From: Escherichia coli
GTDB taxonomy: Bacteria; Pseudomonadota; Gammaproteobacteria; Enterobacterales; Enterobacteriaceae
Reading direction: 5' to 3' (one strand)
DNA length: 64,000 bases
NCBI RefSeq assembly: GCF_013122565.1
Contig: NZ_CP053258.1
Position numbers and translations under genes: made by a program. The notes under the pieces were generated by a model. The model ran no database searches. It was not told where the DNA came from and was given only the letters and a program-made list of their open reading frames with translations. Each line of letters starts with the position of its first letter. Position 1 is the stretch's first letter. This document shows, piece by piece, positions 32,705 to 44,768 of the stretch.

Positions 32705-34753
32705 ATGAGTCGTAAACAACTGGCGCTATTCGAACCAACACTTGTCGTTCAGGCGCTGAAAGAAGCGGTGAAAAAATTAAACCCGCAGGCGCAATGGCGC
32801 AATCCGGTGATGTTTATCGTCTGGATCGGCAGTCTGCTGACCACCTGTATTAGCATCGCGATGGCAAGCGGCGCGATGCCTGGCAATGCGCTGTTTAGCG
32901 CGGCAATTAGCGGCTGGCTGTGGGTCACCGTACTGTTCGCTAATTTCGCCGAGGCGCTGGCAGAAGGCCGCAGTAAAGCGCAGGCCAATAGTCTGAAAGG
33001 GGTGAAAAAAACTGCCTTTGCCCGCAAGCTGCGTGAGCCGAAATATGGCGCTGCGGCGGACAAAGTTCCTGCCGATCAACTGCGTAAAGGCGATATCGTA
33101 CTGGTAGAAGCTGGCGATATTATCCCCTGCGATGGTGAAGTTATTGAAGGGGGCGCATCGGTCGATGAAAGCGCCATCACCGGGGAATCGGCACCGGTTA
33201 TCCGTGAATCCGGCGGCGATTTTGCCTCCGTCACTGGCGGCACGCGTATTCTTTCTGACTGGCTGGTAATTGAGTGCAGCGTTAATCCCGGCGAGACATT
33301 TCTGGATCGGATGATCGCGATGGTGGAAGGCGCACAGCGACGCAAAACGCCGAACGAGATTGCCCTGACCATTCTCCTGATTGCCCTGACTATCGTCTTT
33401 TTACTGGCAACCGCCACGCTGTGGCCGTTTTCCGCGTGGGGCGGTAATGCAGTCAGCGTAACGGTACTGGTGGCGCTGCTGGTCTGTCTGATCCCAACCA
33501 CTATTGGCGGCCTGTTGTCAGCGATCGGCGTCGCCGGGATGAGTCGGATGCTGGGCGCGAATGTGATTGCCACCAGCGGACGTGCAGTTGAAGCGGCGGG
33601 TGACGTTGACGTCCTGCTGCTGGATAAAACCGGCACCATCACACTCGGTAACCGTCAGGCGTCGGAGTTTATCCCTGCGCAGGGCGTGGATGAAAAAACG
33701 CTGGCTAATGCCGCACAACTGGCTTCGCTGGCTGATGAAACGCCGGAAGGCCGCAGTATTGTGATCCTCGCCAAGCAGCGTTTTAATCTGCGCGAGCGCG
33801 ATGTGCAGTCGCTTCACGCCACCTTTGTACCGTTTACTGCGCAAAGCCGGATGAGCGGGATCAACATCGACAACCGCATGATCCGTAAAGGTTCTGTCGA
33901 TGCCATTCGCCGCCATGTTGAGGCTAACGGTGGTCACTTCCCTGCCGATGTTGATCAAAAAGTCGATCAGGTTGCGCGTCAGGGAGCCACGCCGCTGGTG
34001 GTGGTGGAAGGTTCTCGTGTGCTGGGCGTTATTGCGCTGAAAGATATCGTCAAAGGCGGTATTAAAGAGCGCTTCGCCCAGCTGCGTAAAATGGGCATTA
34101 AAACGGTGATGATTACCGGCGATAACCGTCTGACTGCCGCCGCCATTGCTGCGGAAGCGGGCGTCGATGATTTCCTCGCTGAAGCGACACCGGAGGCCAA
34201 GCTGGCATTGATTCGTCAGTATCAGGCGGAAGGCCGTTTGGTGGCGATGACCGGCGACGGCACCAACGATGCTCCGGCGCTGGCGCAGGCAGATGTCGCG
34301 GTGGCGATGAACTCTGGTACTCAGGCGGCGAAAGAAGCGGGCAATATGGTGGATCTCGACTCTAACCCGACCAAGTTGATCGAGGTGGTACATATTGGCA
34401 AACAGATGCTGATGACCCGTGGCTCGCTGACCACCTTCAGCATTGCCAACGATGTGGCGAAATACTTCGCCATTATTCCGGCGGCGTTCGCGGCAACGTA
34501 TCCGCAGTTAAATGCGCTGAACATCATGCGCCTGCATTCGCCCGACTCCGCCATTCTCAGTGCGGTCATTTTCAACGCCTTGATTATCGTCTTTTTGATT
34601 CCCCTGGCGTTAAAAGGCGTGAGTTATAAACCGCTTACCGCTTCTGCCATGTTGCGCCGTAACTTATGGATTTACGGTCTGGGTGGGCTGCTGGTGCCGT
34701 TTATTGGTATCAAAGTCATTGATTTACTGCTGACCGTTTGCGGTCTGGTGTGA
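32705..34753 (+). CDS. kdpB: K+-transporting P-type ATPase subunit B
   Basis: 682 aa with P-type ATPase motifs DKTGTIT and [11 protein letters not shown]. Confidence 0.97.
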   Translation: MSRKQLALFEPTLVVQALKEAVKKLNPQAQWRNPVMFIVWIGSLLTTCISIAMASGAMPGNALFSAAISGWLWVTVLFANFAEALAEGRSKAQANSLKGVKKTAFARKLREPKYGAAADKVPADQLRKGDIVLVEAGDIIPCDGEVIEGGASVDESAITGESAPVIRESGGDFASVTGGTRILSDWLVIECSVNPGETFLDRMIAMVEGAQRRKTPNEIALTILLIALTIVFLLATATLWPFSAWGGNAVSVTVLVALLVCLIPTTIGGLLSAIGVAGMSRMLGANVIATSGRAVEAAGDVDVLLLDKTGTITLGNRQASEFIPAQGVDEKTLANAAQLASLADETPEGRSIVILAKQRFNLRERDVQSLHATFVPFTAQSRMSGINIDNRMIRKGSVDAIRRHVEANGGHFPADVDQKVDQVARQGATPLVVVEGSRVLGVIALKDIVKGGIKERFAQLRKMGIKTVMITGDNRLTAAAIAAEAGVDDFLAEATPEAKLALIRQYQAEGRLVAMTGDGTNDAPALAQADVAVAMNSGTQAAKEAGNMVDLDSNPTKLIEVVHIGKQMLMTRGSLTTFSIANDVAKYFAIIPAAFAATYPQLNALNIMRLHSPDSAILSAVIFNALIIVFLIPLALKGVSYKPLTASAMLRRNLWIYGLGGLLVPFIGIKVIDLLLTVCGLV

Positions 34754-34761
34754 GGTTTACC

Positions 34762-35334
34762 ATGAGTGGATTACGTCCGGCATTATCGACATTTATCTTT
34801 CTGTTATTGATTACTGGCGGCGTTTACCCGCTGCTGACCACCGTGCTGGGGCAATGGTGGTTTCCCTGGCAGGCCAACGGTTCGTTGATCCGTGAAGGTG
34901 ATACAGTGCGGGGTTCGGCATTAATCGGGCAGAATTTTACTGGCAACGGCTATTTTCATGGTCGCCCGTCGGCAACGGCAGAAATGCCCTATAATCCACA
35001 GGCTTCTGGCGGGAGCAATCTGGCGGTCAGTAACCCTGAGCTGGATAAACTAATAGCCGCACGCATTGCGGCATTACGGGCCGCTAACCCGGATGCCAGC
35101 GCGAGCGTTCCGGTTGAACTGGTGACGGCGTCGGCAAGCGGGCTGGACAATAACATAACCCCGCAAGCGGCGGCCTGGCAAATCCCACGCGTGGCGAAAG
35201 CGCGTAATCTCAGCGTTGAACAGCTCACGCAACTGATCGCAAAATACAGCCAACAACCGCTGGTGAAATATATCGGCCAGCCGGTCGTCAACATTGTTGA
35301 ACTCAATCTGGCGCTGGATAAGCTTGATGAATAA
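34762..35334 (+). CDS. kdpC: K+-transporting ATPase subunit C
   Basis: Start trimmed to [27 protein letters not shown] (190 aa). Confidence 0.95.
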   Translation: MSGLRPALSTFIFLLLITGGVYPLLTTVLGQWWFPWQANGSLIREGDTVRGSALIGQNFTGNGYFHGRPSATAEMPYNPQASGGSNLAVSNPELDKLIAARIAALRAANPDASASVPVELVTASASGLDNNITPQAAAWQIPRVAKARNLSVEQLTQLIAKYSQQPLVKYIGQPVVNIVELNLALDKLDE

Positions 35335-38011
35335 CGAACCCTTACGTCCCGACCCCGACCGTCTGCTGGAACAAACTGCCGCGCCGCATCGGGGGAAGCT
35401 GAAAGTTTTCTTCGGTGCCTGTGCAGGCGTCGGGAAGACCTGGGCGATGCTGGCAGAAGCCCAGCGACTGCGGGCGCAAGGGCTGGATATTGTGGTTGGC
35501 GTGGTAGAAACCCACGGGCGAAAAGATACCGCCGCCATGCTGGAAGGGCTGGCTGTTCTGCCGTTAAAACGCCAGGCGTACCGTGGGCGGCATATCAGCG
35601 AGTTTGATCTCGATGCCGCCCTCGCCCGCCGCCCGGCGCTGATCTTAATGGACGAACTGGCGCACAGTAATGCGCCAGGTTCTCGTCATCCTAAACGCTG
35701 GCAGGATATCGAAGAACTGCTGGAAGCTGGCATTGATGTTTTCACAACCGTCAACGTTCAGCATCTGGAAAGTCTGAATGATGTGGTCAGCGGCGTCACC
35801 GGAATTCAGGTACGGGAAACCGTGCCCGATCCTTTTTTCGATGCCGCCGACGACGTGGTTCTGGTGGACTTGCCCCCGGACGATCTGCGCCAGCGGCTGA
35901 AAGAAGGCAAAGTCTATATTGCCGGGCAGGCGGAGCGCGCCATTGAACATTTTTTCCGCAAAGGCAATCTGATCGCCCTGCGCGAACTGGCACTGCGCCG
36001 TACTGCTGATCGCGTTGATGAGCAAATGCGCGCCTGGCGGGGGCATCCTGGCGAAGAGAAAGTGTGGCACACGCGCGACGCGATCCTTTTATGCATCGGC
36101 CATAACACCGGCAGCGAAAAACTGGTCCGCGCAGCGGCGCGGCTGGCGTCACGGCTGGGTAGCGTCTGGCACGCGGTGTATGTTGAAACCCCTGCCCTGC
36201 ATCGCTTACCGGAGAAAAAACGTCGGGCAATTCTCAGCGCCTTACGTCTGGCGCAGGAGCTGGGCGCGGAGACGGCAACACTTTCTGATCCAGCGGAAGA
36301 GAAAGCGGTAGTGCGTTATGCCCGTGAACATAATCTCGGCAAGATTATTCTCGGTCGCCCAGCCTCGCGCCGCTGGTGGCGTCGGGAAACGTTTGCTGAC
36401 CGACTGGCGCGCATCGCTCCCGATCTCGATCAGGTGCTGGTCGCGCTTGATGAACCACCCGTCCGCACGATTAACAACGCGCCGGATAGCCGCTCTTTTA
36501 AAGACAAGTGGCGGGTACAGATTCAGGGATGCGTGGTTGCCGCCGCGTTATGCGCCGTTATCACCTTAATTGCTATGCAGTGGCTGATGGCGTTTGATGC
36601 CGCCAACCTGGTGATGCTGTATCTGCTTGGCGTGGTGGTGGTCGCGCTATTTTATGGACGCTGGCCTTCGGTGGTTGCTACCGTCATTAATGTGGTGAGT
36701 TTCGATCTCTTTTTTATCGCCCCACGCGGCACGCTCGCCGTCTCTGATGTGCAATATCTGCTGACCTTCGCGGTGATGTTAACCGTCGGGCTGGTGATCG
36801 GGAACCTTACTGCGGGTGTGCGTTATCAGGCGCGGGTAGCCCGTTACCGCGAGCAACGCACACGGCACTTATATGAAATGTCGAAAGCTCTGGCGGTGGG
36901 CCGCAGTTCGCAGGACATCGCCGCCACCAGCGAACAATTTATTGCCTCCACGTTTCATGCCCGCAGTCAGGTGTTGTTGCCCGATGACAACGGTAAATTG
37001 CAGCCGTTAACACATCCGCAAGGAATGACGCCGTGGGACGATGCCATCGCGCAGTGGAGTTTTGATAAAGGCCTGCCTGCGGGTGCGGGCACCGACACGT
37101 TACCCGGCGTGCCGTACCAGATTTTGCCGTTAAAAAGCGGTGAGAAAACCTACGGGCTGGTGGTGGTGGAACCGGGGAATCTGCGTCAGTTGATGATCCC
37201 GGAACAGCAGCGCCTGCTGGAGACGTTTACGCTGTTAGTCGCCAATGCGCTTGAGCGGCTGACGCTGACCGCCAGCGAAGAACAGGCGCGGATGGCAAGC
37301 GAACGGGAACAGATCCGCAACGCCCTGCTGGCGGCGCTTTCGCATGATTTACGCACTCCGCTTACGGTGCTGTTCGGTCAGGCAGAAATCTTAACGCTCG
37401 ATCTGGCAAGCGAAGGATCGCCCCACGCCCGCCAGGCCAGCGAGATCCGTCAGCACGTGCTGAACACTACCCGACTGGTGAATAATCTACTGGATATGGC
37501 GCGAATTCAGTCCGGCGGCTTTAATTTGAAGAAAGAGTGGTTAACGCTGGAAGAAGTAGTCGGCAGCGCGCTGCAAATGCTGGAACCGGGTTTATCGTCG
37601 CCCATCAATCTTTCTCTGCCAGAACCGCTGACCTTAATCCACGTTGACGGGCCACTCTTTGAACGGGTGCTGATTAATCTGCTGGAGAACGCGGTGAAAT
37701 ACGCGGGTGCGCAGGCCGAAATTGGGATCGATGCCCACGTTGAGGGCGAAAATCTACAACTGGATGTCTGGGATAACGGCCCCGGTCTTCCGCCAGGCCA
37801 GGAGCAGACGATATTTGATAAGTTTGCTCGCGGGAATAAAGAGTCGGCAGTACCGGGGGTAGGGCTTGGGCTGGCAATTTGTCGGGCGATAGTGGATGTA
37901 CACGGGGGCACTATTACCGCGTTCAACCGACCGGAAGGTGGTGCCTGTTTTCGTGTTACACTTCCCCAGCAAACCGCTCCTGAACTTGAAGACTTTCATG
38001 AGGATATGTGA
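35327..38011 (+). CDS. kdpD: Sensor histidine kinase KdpD
   Basis: Start trimmed to [41 protein letters not shown] (894 aa); Walker A, USP domain, four TM helices, HisKA (LSHDLRTPL) and HATPase domains. Confidence 0.97.
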   Translation: MNNEPLRPDPDRLLEQTAAPHRGKLKVFFGACAGVGKTWAMLAEAQRLRAQGLDIVVGVVETHGRKDTAAMLEGLAVLPLKRQAYRGRHISEFDLDAALARRPALILMDELAHSNAPGSRHPKRWQDIEELLEAGIDVFTTVNVQHLESLNDVVSGVTGIQVRETVPDPFFDAADDVVLVDLPPDDLRQRLKEGKVYIAGQAERAIEHFFRKGNLIALRELALRRTADRVDEQMRAWRGHPGEEKVWHTRDAILLCIGHNTGSEKLVRAAARLASRLGSVWHAVYVETPALHRLPEKKRRAILSALRLAQELGAETATLSDPAEEKAVVRYAREHNLGKIILGRPASRRWWRRETFADRLARIAPDLDQVLVALDEPPVRTINNAPDSRSFKDKWRVQIQGCVVAAALCAVITLIAMQWLMAFDAANLVMLYLLGVVVVALFYGRWPSVVATVINVVSFDLFFIAPRGTLAVSDVQYLLTFAVMLTVGLVIGNLTAGVRYQARVARYREQRTRHLYEMSKALAVGRSSQDIAATSEQFIASTFHARSQVLLPDDNGKLQPLTHPQGMTPWDDAIAQWSFDKGLPAGAGTDTLPGVPYQILPLKSGEKTYGLVVVEPGNLRQLMIPEQQRLLETFTLLVANALERLTLTASEEQARMASEREQIRNALLAALSHDLRTPLTVLFGQAEILTLDLASEGSPHARQASEIRQHVLNTTRLVNNLLDMARIQSGGFNLKKEWLTLEEVVGSALQMLEPGLSSPINLSLPEPLTLIHVDGPLFERVLINLLENAVKYAGAQAEIGIDAHVEGENLQLDVWDNGPGLPPGQEQTIFDKFARGNKESAVPGVGLGLAICRAIVDVHGGTITAFNRPEGGACFRVTLPQQTAPELEDFHEDM

Positions 38012-38685
38012 CAAACGTTCTGATTGTTGAAGATGAACAGGCTATTCGTCGCTTTCTGCGCACGGCGCTGGAGGGCGACGGTATGCGCGTCTTTGAGGCC
38101 GAAACGCTGCAACGCGGCTTGCTGGAAGCGGCAACCCGTAAGCCAGATTTGATTATTCTCGATCTCGGCCTGCCCGACGGTGATGGGATTGAGTTTATCC
38201 GCGACCTGCGCCAGTGGAGCGCGGTGCCGGTGATTGTGCTTTCCGCACGCAGCGAAGAGAGCGACAAAATCGCCGCGCTGGATGCCGGAGCGGATGATTA
38301 TCTGAGTAAGCCGTTTGGCATTGGCGAATTGCAGGCCCGTCTGCGCGTCGCATTACGCCGCCACTCTGCCACCACCGCGCCCGATCCGCTGGTGAAATTT
38401 TCCGATGTTACCGTCGATTTAGCCGCCCGCGTGATCCATCGCGGTGAGGAAGAGGTGCATCTCACCCCGATTGAGTTTCGCCTGCTGGCAGTGCTGCTCA
38501 ACAACGCCGGAAAAGTACTCACCCAGCGCCAGTTACTCAATCAGGTGTGGGGGCCAAACGCGGTCGAACACAGTCACTATTTGCGTATTTATATGGGACA
38601 TCTGCGACAAAAACTGGAACAGGATCCCACTCGCCCCCGCCATTTCATTACTGAAACCGGTATTGGGTATCGGTTTATGCTTTGA
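38008..38685 (+). CDS. kdpE: Response regulator KdpE (OmpR family)
   Basis: 225 aa; receiver domain (ILDLGLPDGDG) and winged-helix output; 4-bp overlap with kdpD. Confidence 0.97.
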   Translation: MTNVLIVEDEQAIRRFLRTALEGDGMRVFEAETLQRGLLEAATRKPDLIILDLGLPDGDGIEFIRDLRQWSAVPVIVLSARSEESDKIAALDAGADDYLSKPFGIGELQARLRVALRRHSATTAPDPLVKFSDVTVDLAARVIHRGEEEVHLTPIEFRLLAVLLNNAGKVLTQRQLLNQVWGPNAVEHSHYLRIYMGHLRQKLEQDPTRPRHFITETGIGYRFML

Positions 38686-38808
38686 AAAAAGTGGCAATGT
38701 ATGGATAAAGTCATTTTTTATTCAAATATAAGGAACTTAATATTTAAAAAATGTTCCATACAATTCCTCATCATAAATGACACCGTAGCACACAAGGAGC
38801 AAGTAGCG

Positions 38809-39459
38809 ATGCGTGAAATAAATCAGTTAGTAAATACTGAAGATTCAGCCTGGCCAATAATCCAGAACTGGTTAAAAGACGCCACAAACCATACCGAACT
38901 CTTACCGGTTAATAAAGATTTAGCCGAAACCGCACTTTATCAATTACAGGTGACAACAAAATCACCGATGGGTGCGCTTGTCTATGGCTCCGGAGGTCTA
39001 CTGATTGATAATGGTTGGTTACGCATAGCAGGCTCTGGTCACCCCCGGTTGCCACGAGATCCAGTAAGTTGGACACAACGCCCTGAATTCGCAGGCGTGC
39101 GGGCTTTACCCATCGCTGACGATGTCGCAGGGGGAATTTTTGCTCTTAATGGTGGCGATCTTGGGGAAGATACTGGCTGCGTTTATTATTTTGCGCCAGA
39201 TACGCTGAATTGGGAAAGTCTGGAAGTTGGATATTCTGAGTTTCTTCAGTGGGCATTATCCGGTGATTTAGATACCTTCTATGAAAATGTACGATGGCAG
39301 CAATGGCGAGAAGACGTAATAAAATTATCGGCAACGGAAGCCTTCACGTTCTACCCTTTCTTATGGGTACAAAGTGAAGAAGCAAGAACAAGAAAAGTTA
39401 TTTCGCTTACTGAACTCTGGGAAATGCAGTATCAAATGAAAGAAACATTCACTCAATAA
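38809..39459 (+). CDS. Hypothetical protein, probably the intact counterpart of K-12 ybfG
   Basis: 216-aa ORF starting MREINQLVNTEDSAWPIIQNW with AAGGAG Shine-Dalgarno; position between kdpE and ybfP. The ybfG assignment is from positional memory only. Confidence 0.55.
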   Translation: MREINQLVNTEDSAWPIIQNWLKDATNHTELLPVNKDLAETALYQLQVTTKSPMGALVYGSGGLLIDNGWLRIAGSGHPRLPRDPVSWTQRPEFAGVRALPIADDVAGGIFALNGGDLGEDTGCVYYFAPDTLNWESLEVGYSEFLQWALSGDLDTFYENVRWQQWREDVIKLSATEAFTFYPFLWVQSEEARTRKVISLTELWEMQYQMKETFTQ

Positions 39460-39499
39460 GACATGTTCAGGTCCGGGTTTCATTCCCGGACTCACTATT

Positions 39500-39994
39500 T
39501 TAATGTGTGTTTATCGCTTTCAATTCTTGCTGGCATTTTTCTGACTGGCAGCGTCGCAACTCAATAATCCCGACATGCATCATCGAGCCAAAAAATCCGC
39601 TTTCGCTGACATAATCCTCATTGACTATCGGTCGAGTGCCGGGCTTGCCCTGGCAAACCCGCATAAAAAATGAGGTGTAGCATTGCCAACCGGGATTTAA
39701 ACCGACCTTTTCTTGTGCTGACATATCGTGAAGATAAGTAAGTTCTTTTTCGTTCCCGCCTGACAACTGCCAGCTGCGGGTATTATCAGGTAAGTTATCG
39801 CCACGGCAATTTGTCTTACACCGGGAAGGTGCAATATTTACCGCAATGCTACCCGTTAATCCTCTGGTTTTATCTTTAGGGGTCAGTAACCAGTCGCCAG
39901 CTAATGATGATTGTTCAGGTTGGGCGCATGCAGTCAGCAGTAATGTGGCGGTAATTAGTGACACTATGACGACCAGACTCCTGTTGGTCTTCAT
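39500..39994 (-). CDS. ybfP: Lipoprotein
   Basis: 164 aa with signal peptide and lipobox (LLLTAC). Confidence 0.85.
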   Translation of the reverse strand: MKTNRSLVVIVSLITATLLLTACAQPEQSSLAGDWLLTPKDKTRGLTGSIAVNIAPSRCKTNCRGDNLPDNTRSWQLSGGNEKELTYLHDMSAQEKVGLNPGWQCYTSFFMRVCQGKPGTRPIVNEDYVSESGFFGSMMHVGIIELRRCQSEKCQQELKAINTH

Positions 39995-40043
39995 TGGGAT
40001 TTCCTTGAGCTACTCAGTTTGTTGACAAAGTGTTCGTTGTTTT

Positions 40044-40142
40044 TGCCGGATGCGGCGTGAACGCCTTATCCGGCCTACAAAATCGCGTAAATTCAATATA
40101 TTGCACCATCCTCGTAGGCCTGATAAGCGTAGCGCATCAGGC
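40044..40142. repeat. REP pair (BIME) between ybfP and pgm
   Basis: GCCGGATGCGGCGTGAACGCCTTATCCGGCCTAC and the inverted unit GTAGGCCTGATAAGCGTAGCGCATCAGGC. Confidence 0.85.
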
Positions 40143-40208
40143 AATTCTGTGTTTGTCATACGTAAAAAAGGGCGATCTTCTGACCGCCCTTTTTCTTATT
40201 TAATGTGT

Positions 40209-41849
40209 TTACGCGTTTTTCAGAACTTCACTAACAATCTCAACCGCTTCTTTCTCGATCTGCTTGCGATGTTCTTCACCGAGGAAGCTTTCGCAATAAA
40301 TCTTGTACGCGTCTTCCGTGCCTGACGGACGCGCGGCGAACCAGCCGTTGTCAGTCATCACTTTCAGACCGCCGATAGAAGCACCGTTGCCCGGTGCCGC
40401 CGTCAGGCGCGCGGTGATCGGGTCGCCTGCCAGGGTGCTGGCGCTCACCATTTCCGGAGACAGCTTAGACAGCGCCGCTTTTTGTGCGGAAGTCGCAGCT
40501 GCCTGCAAACGGTTGTAGCTCGGCGCACCAAAGCGTTTTGCCAGTTCGTTGTAGTGTTCCTGCGGATTCTTACCGGTGACAGCGGTGATTTCCGCCGCCA
40601 GCAGACACATGATGATGCCGTCTTTGTCGGTGGACCATGGCGTGCCGTCGAAACGCAGGAAGGAAGCCCCTGCGCTCTCTTCGCCGCCAAAGCCGAAGCT
40701 GCCGTCGAACAGACCATCAACAAACCATTTGAAACCTACCGGGACTTCTACCAGCTTACGGCCCAAGTCATTGACCACACGGTCGATCATCGCAGAAGAA
40801 ACCAGCGTTTTACCGACAGCAACATCTTTGCCCCACTGCGGACGATGCTGGAACAGGTAGTTGATCGCCACCGCCAGGTAGTGGTTCGGATTCATCAAAC
40901 CTGCCGGAGTGACGATACCGTGACGGTCATAATCCGGGTCGTTAGCAAACGCCAGATCGAACTTATCACGCAGTGCCAGCAGGCCCGCCATCGCACACTC
41001 GGAGGAGCAGTCCATACGGATCGCGCCGTCTTTATCAAGGTGCATAAAGCGGAACGTTTGATCGACCTGATCGTTAACGATAGTCAGGTTGAGGTTGTAA
41101 TACTCGCCAATACGCTTCCAGTATTCGATACCGGAACCGCCCAGCGGATCAACGCCAAGCGTCAGGCCCGCCTTCTGAATCGCCGCCATATCAACGATAT
41201 CGGCCAGCCCTTCCACGAACGGCTGCACCAGATCCTGCTCTTTCACATGACCGGATGCCATCGCTTCGTCGAGGGAGATACGCTTCACGCCTTTCAGGCC
41301 ATCGGCCAGCAGTGCGTTGGCACGATCTTCCACCACTTTAGTGACGTTGGTATCAGCCGGGCCACCATTTGGCGGATTGTACTTGATACCACCATCTTCC
41401 GGCGGGTTATGGGACGGTGTAATCACGATACCGTCTGCCAGCGGGCCACCTTTTTTATTGTGAACCAGGATGGCATTGGAAACGGCAGGCGTCGGGGTGA
41501 AGCCATTGTTTTCCTGCACAATAACATCTACGCCGTTCGCTGCCAGCACTTCCAGAACGGAAATAAATGCAGGTTCGGACAGGGCGTGAGTATCTTTACC
41601 CACATAGCAAGGGCCAGTGATGCCGTTTTTCGCACGTTCTTCAGCAATTGCCTGAGCGATCGCCAGAATGTGCGGCTCGTTAAAGCTGTGGCGCGCTGCA
41701 CTGCCACGGTGACCGGAAGTACCGAATTTCACCGCGTGCTCCGCATTCCCTGCTTCTGGTTTCAGTACATAATATTGCGCCGTCAGTTGGGCGACGTTAA
41801 TCAAATCACTCTGTTGTGCAGGTTGGCCTGCACGATTGTGGATTGCCAT
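40209..41849 (-). CDS. pgm: Phosphoglucomutase
   Basis: Start trimmed to [28 protein letters not shown] (546 aa); active-site TPSHNP motif present. Confidence 0.97.
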
Positions 41850-41874
41850 TGCTTTGTCCTTTGTCTGCAACGTG

Positions 41875-42420
41875 TTAGATAGTTCCGCAAACCTTCTCAA
41901 TCAATTCCGCCGGGAATTGCATCGACTGCATGATGTGTTCGATCATGCTGCATTTACGGCCGGTGTTGGTGTTGGTGATCACCCAATACGGCGTGCCTGG
42001 CACATGTTTCGGCTTGGTCTGATTACCATTTTTCAGCAGCGTTTGTTCATCTGCCGCAAAGTAAACGCGCGTACGACCGTGCAACGATTCCGTTGCTTCG
42101 GCAAACGCCTGGGCGTCAAGAGAATATAGTGTAGACAACAGCAGCATAAAGCGATTGACCGCTCGCTTTTGCTCTGCGTATTCATCCGAAAGCAGAAGTT
42201 CACGCATTGCGCGAACCTTGTCTTTAATCGTTTTGACCGGCTTCGCTTCGACGATAGCAGGTGACGCAACGCGAACCTCTTTCGTCACCGGAGCAGCAGG
42301 CTGTGATGCGGCGGAAAATTTCAACATACGCCGTAAAATGTCGGATGCGCTCTCGCCGATATGCTTAGTGTGGCTGGCAATATAGCTGTAGAGTTCATCA
42401 TCAACTTCAATCGTTTTCAT
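41875..42420 (-). CDS. seqA: Replication initiation negative regulator SeqA
   Basis: Start trimmed to [35 protein letters not shown] (181 aa). Confidence 0.95.
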
Positions 42421-42604
42421 CTTAATCCAGTGCAGTGTCTTAGCTGAATACAAGTCGCCAGGAGTATATGAATAAATCCCGGCAGCGGATAGCGTCAAGC
42501 CTGGCTTGCAGAAAAACTCGGAATAAACCTTATTTGTTGCAGCCCTGTGGCACAATGGTCAACATAATACCCTAACCCGACAACGCGAAAAAAAGAACTT
42601 TGCC

Positions 42605-43369
42605 ATGAAATTGAATATCCGCGCGCAAACTGCACAAAACCAGCACAATAATTCTCCCATCGTTCTTGTCCACGGTCTGTTTGGCAGCCTCGACAACCTT
42701 GGCGTACTGGCTCGCGATCTGGTAAACGATCACAATATCATCCAGGTTGATATGCGTAACCACGGTCTTTCACCGAGAGATCCGGTAATGAATTACCCGG
42801 CGATGGCGCAGGATCTTGTTGATACTCTGGATGCACAGCAGATCGACAAAGCAACATTTATCGGTCACTCCATGGGCGGTAAAGCGGTAATGGCACTTAC
42901 TGCACTGGCCCCCGATCGCATCGATAAACTGGTGGCGATCGATATCGCGCCGGTCGACTATCACGTACGCCGTCATGATGAGATTTTCGCGGCTATCAAC
43001 GCGGTCAGTGAATCGGACGCACAAACTCGCCAGCAAGCAGCAGCAATAATGCGCCAGCATCTTAATGAAGAAGGGGTGATTCAGTTTCTGTTGAAATCTT
43101 TTGTTGACGGGGAGTGGCGCTTTAACGTGCCGGTATTGTGGGATCAGTATCCGCATATTGTGGGTTGGGAGAAAATCCCGGCATGGGATCACCCTGCCCT
43201 GTTTATCCCTGGCGGCAATTCTCCGTATGTTAGCGAGCAGTACCGTGATGATTTACTGGCACAATTTCCACAGGCACGGGCGCATGTGATTGCAGGCGCG
43301 GGTCACTGGGTCCATGCTGAAAAACCGGATGCGGTATTACGCGCTATCCGTCGCTATCTCAATGATTAA
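42605..43369 (+). CDS. ybfF: Alpha/beta-hydrolase esterase
   Basis: 254 aa, GHSMGG nucleophile elbow. Confidence 0.9.
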   Translation: MKLNIRAQTAQNQHNNSPIVLVHGLFGSLDNLGVLARDLVNDHNIIQVDMRNHGLSPRDPVMNYPAMAQDLVDTLDAQQIDKATFIGHSMGGKAVMALTALAPDRIDKLVAIDIAPVDYHVRRHDEIFAAINAVSESDAQTRQQAAAIMRQHLNEEGVIQFLLKSFVDGEWRFNVPVLWDQYPHIVGWEKIPAWDHPALFIPGGNSPYVSEQYRDDLLAQFPQARAHVIAGAGHWVHAEKPDAVLRAIRRYLND

Positions 43370-43508
43370 CGCAACTGATTAAAAACCCAGCGTCCGCGTC
43401 GCTTTCCGCGCGTGGGCGTTGGCGTGACTCATCGCGCTGATGTATTATGGCGCGCTATCCATCCGGGCAGAGGCCTGGCTGATTGTTTCCCCCGAAGTCA
43501 CCAAGATC

Positions 43509-43802
43509 ATGGCCAAAGAACAAACGGACCGTACGACATTAGATCTGTTCGCGCACGAGCGTCGACCGGGACGACCGAAAACTAATCCGCTTTCGCGCGA
43601 TGAACAGCTGCGTATTAATAAACGCAACCAGCTAAAACGCGACAAAGTACGTGGCCTTAAGCGTGTCGAACTGAAGCTGAACGCGGAAGCTGTCGAGGCG
43701 CTGAACGAGCTGGCGGAATCGCGCAATATGAGCCGTAGCGAACTGATCGAAGAGATGTTAATGCAGCAACTGGCGGCGCTGCGTAGTCAGGGCATCGTTT
43801 AA
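43509..43802 (+). CDS. ybfE: CopG-like small DNA-binding protein
   Basis: Start trimmed to [33 protein letters not shown] (97 aa). Confidence 0.8.
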   Translation: MAKEQTDRTTLDLFAHERRPGRPKTNPLSRDEQLRINKRNQLKRDKVRGLKRVELKLNAEAVEALNELAESRNMSRSELIEEMLMQQLAALRSQGIV

Positions 43803-43941
43803 ATTTCCACTTTCATGTAGCACAGTGTGCAGTCCTGCTCGTTTGCTGATTCCGCAAGACTGCCTGTTCTGCTATGATTGCCTTTATCCGTGGGCAATTT
43901 TCCACCCCCATTTCAATAAGTTTCAAGAGGTTATTTCACTC

Positions 43942-44472
43942 ATGGCTATCACTGGCATCTTTTTCGGCAGCGACACCGGTAATACCGAAAATATCGCAAA
44001 AATGATTCAAAAACAGCTTGGTAAAGACGTTGCCGATGTCCATGACATTGCAAAAAGCAGCAAAGAAGATCTGGAAGCTTATGACATTCTGCTGCTGGGC
44101 ATCCCAACCTGGTATTACGGCGAAGCGCAGTGTGACTGGGATGACTTCTTCCCGACTCTCGAAGAGATTGATTTCAACGGCAAACTGGTTGCGCTGTTTG
44201 GTTGTGGTGACCAGGAAGATTACGCCGAATATTTCTGCGACGCATTGGGCACCATCCGCGACATCATTGAACCGCGCGGTGCAACCATCGTTGGTCACTG
44301 GCCAACTGCGGGCTATCATTTCGAAGCATCAAAAGGTCTGGCTGATGACGACCACTTTGTCGGTCTGGCTATCGACGAAGACCGTCAGCCGGAACTGACC
44401 GCTGAACGTGTAGAAAAATGGGTTAAACAGATTTCTGAAGAGTTGCATCTCGACGAAATTCTCAATGCCTGA
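43942..44472 (+). CDS. fldA: Flavodoxin 1
   Basis: Start trimmed to [27 protein letters not shown] (176 aa), FMN-binding signature. Confidence 0.97.
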
Positions 44473-44672
44473 TGTGATGCGGCGTAGACTCATGTCTACG
44501 CCGTATTAATAGATAATGCCAATCAAAATAATTGCTACAAATTTGTAACTTTTGCTGTTGTACCTGTACAATGTCCCGGTGTTCAAGTGGCCTTGCCGTT
44601 GTAAATGTAAGCTGTGCCACGTTTTTATTAACAATATTTGCCAGGGACTTGTGGTTTTCATTTAGGCGTGGC

Positions 44673-44691
44673 AATTCTATAATGATACGCA
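44673..44691 (+). promoter_or_regulatory. Fur box at the uof/fur promoter
   Basis: TATAATGATACGCATTATC closely matches the 19-bp Fur consensus GATAATGATAATCATTATC and overlaps the uof start codon. Confidence 0.6.
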
Positions 44692-44768
44692 TTATCTCAA
44701 GAGCAAATTCTGTCACTTCTTCTAATGAAGTGAACCGCTTAGTAACAGGACAGATTCCGCATGACTGA
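44682..44768 (+). CDS. uof: Upstream ORF of fur (leader peptide)
   Basis: 28-aa ORF MIRIISRANSVTSSNEVNRLVTGQIPHD whose stop (44766-44768) overlaps the fur ATG at 44761. Confidence 0.7.
   Translation: MIRIISRANSVTSSNEVNRLVTGQIPHD

Noticed and set aside
33518-34393. 291-aa and other ORFs on the minus strand within kdpB/kdpA (also 31648-32361, 32148-32741)
   Set aside because: Overlap well-supported kdp genes on the opposite strand, with low-complexity His/Arg-rich translations typical of antisense frames.
40482-41882. 466-aa ORF on the + strand
   Set aside because: Antisense to pgm; frame artefact.
43370-43508. LexA box upstream of ybfE
   Set aside because: ybfE is reported as SOS-regulated, but I could not find a convincing CTGT-N8-ACAG palindrome in this spacer by eye; left unannotated.
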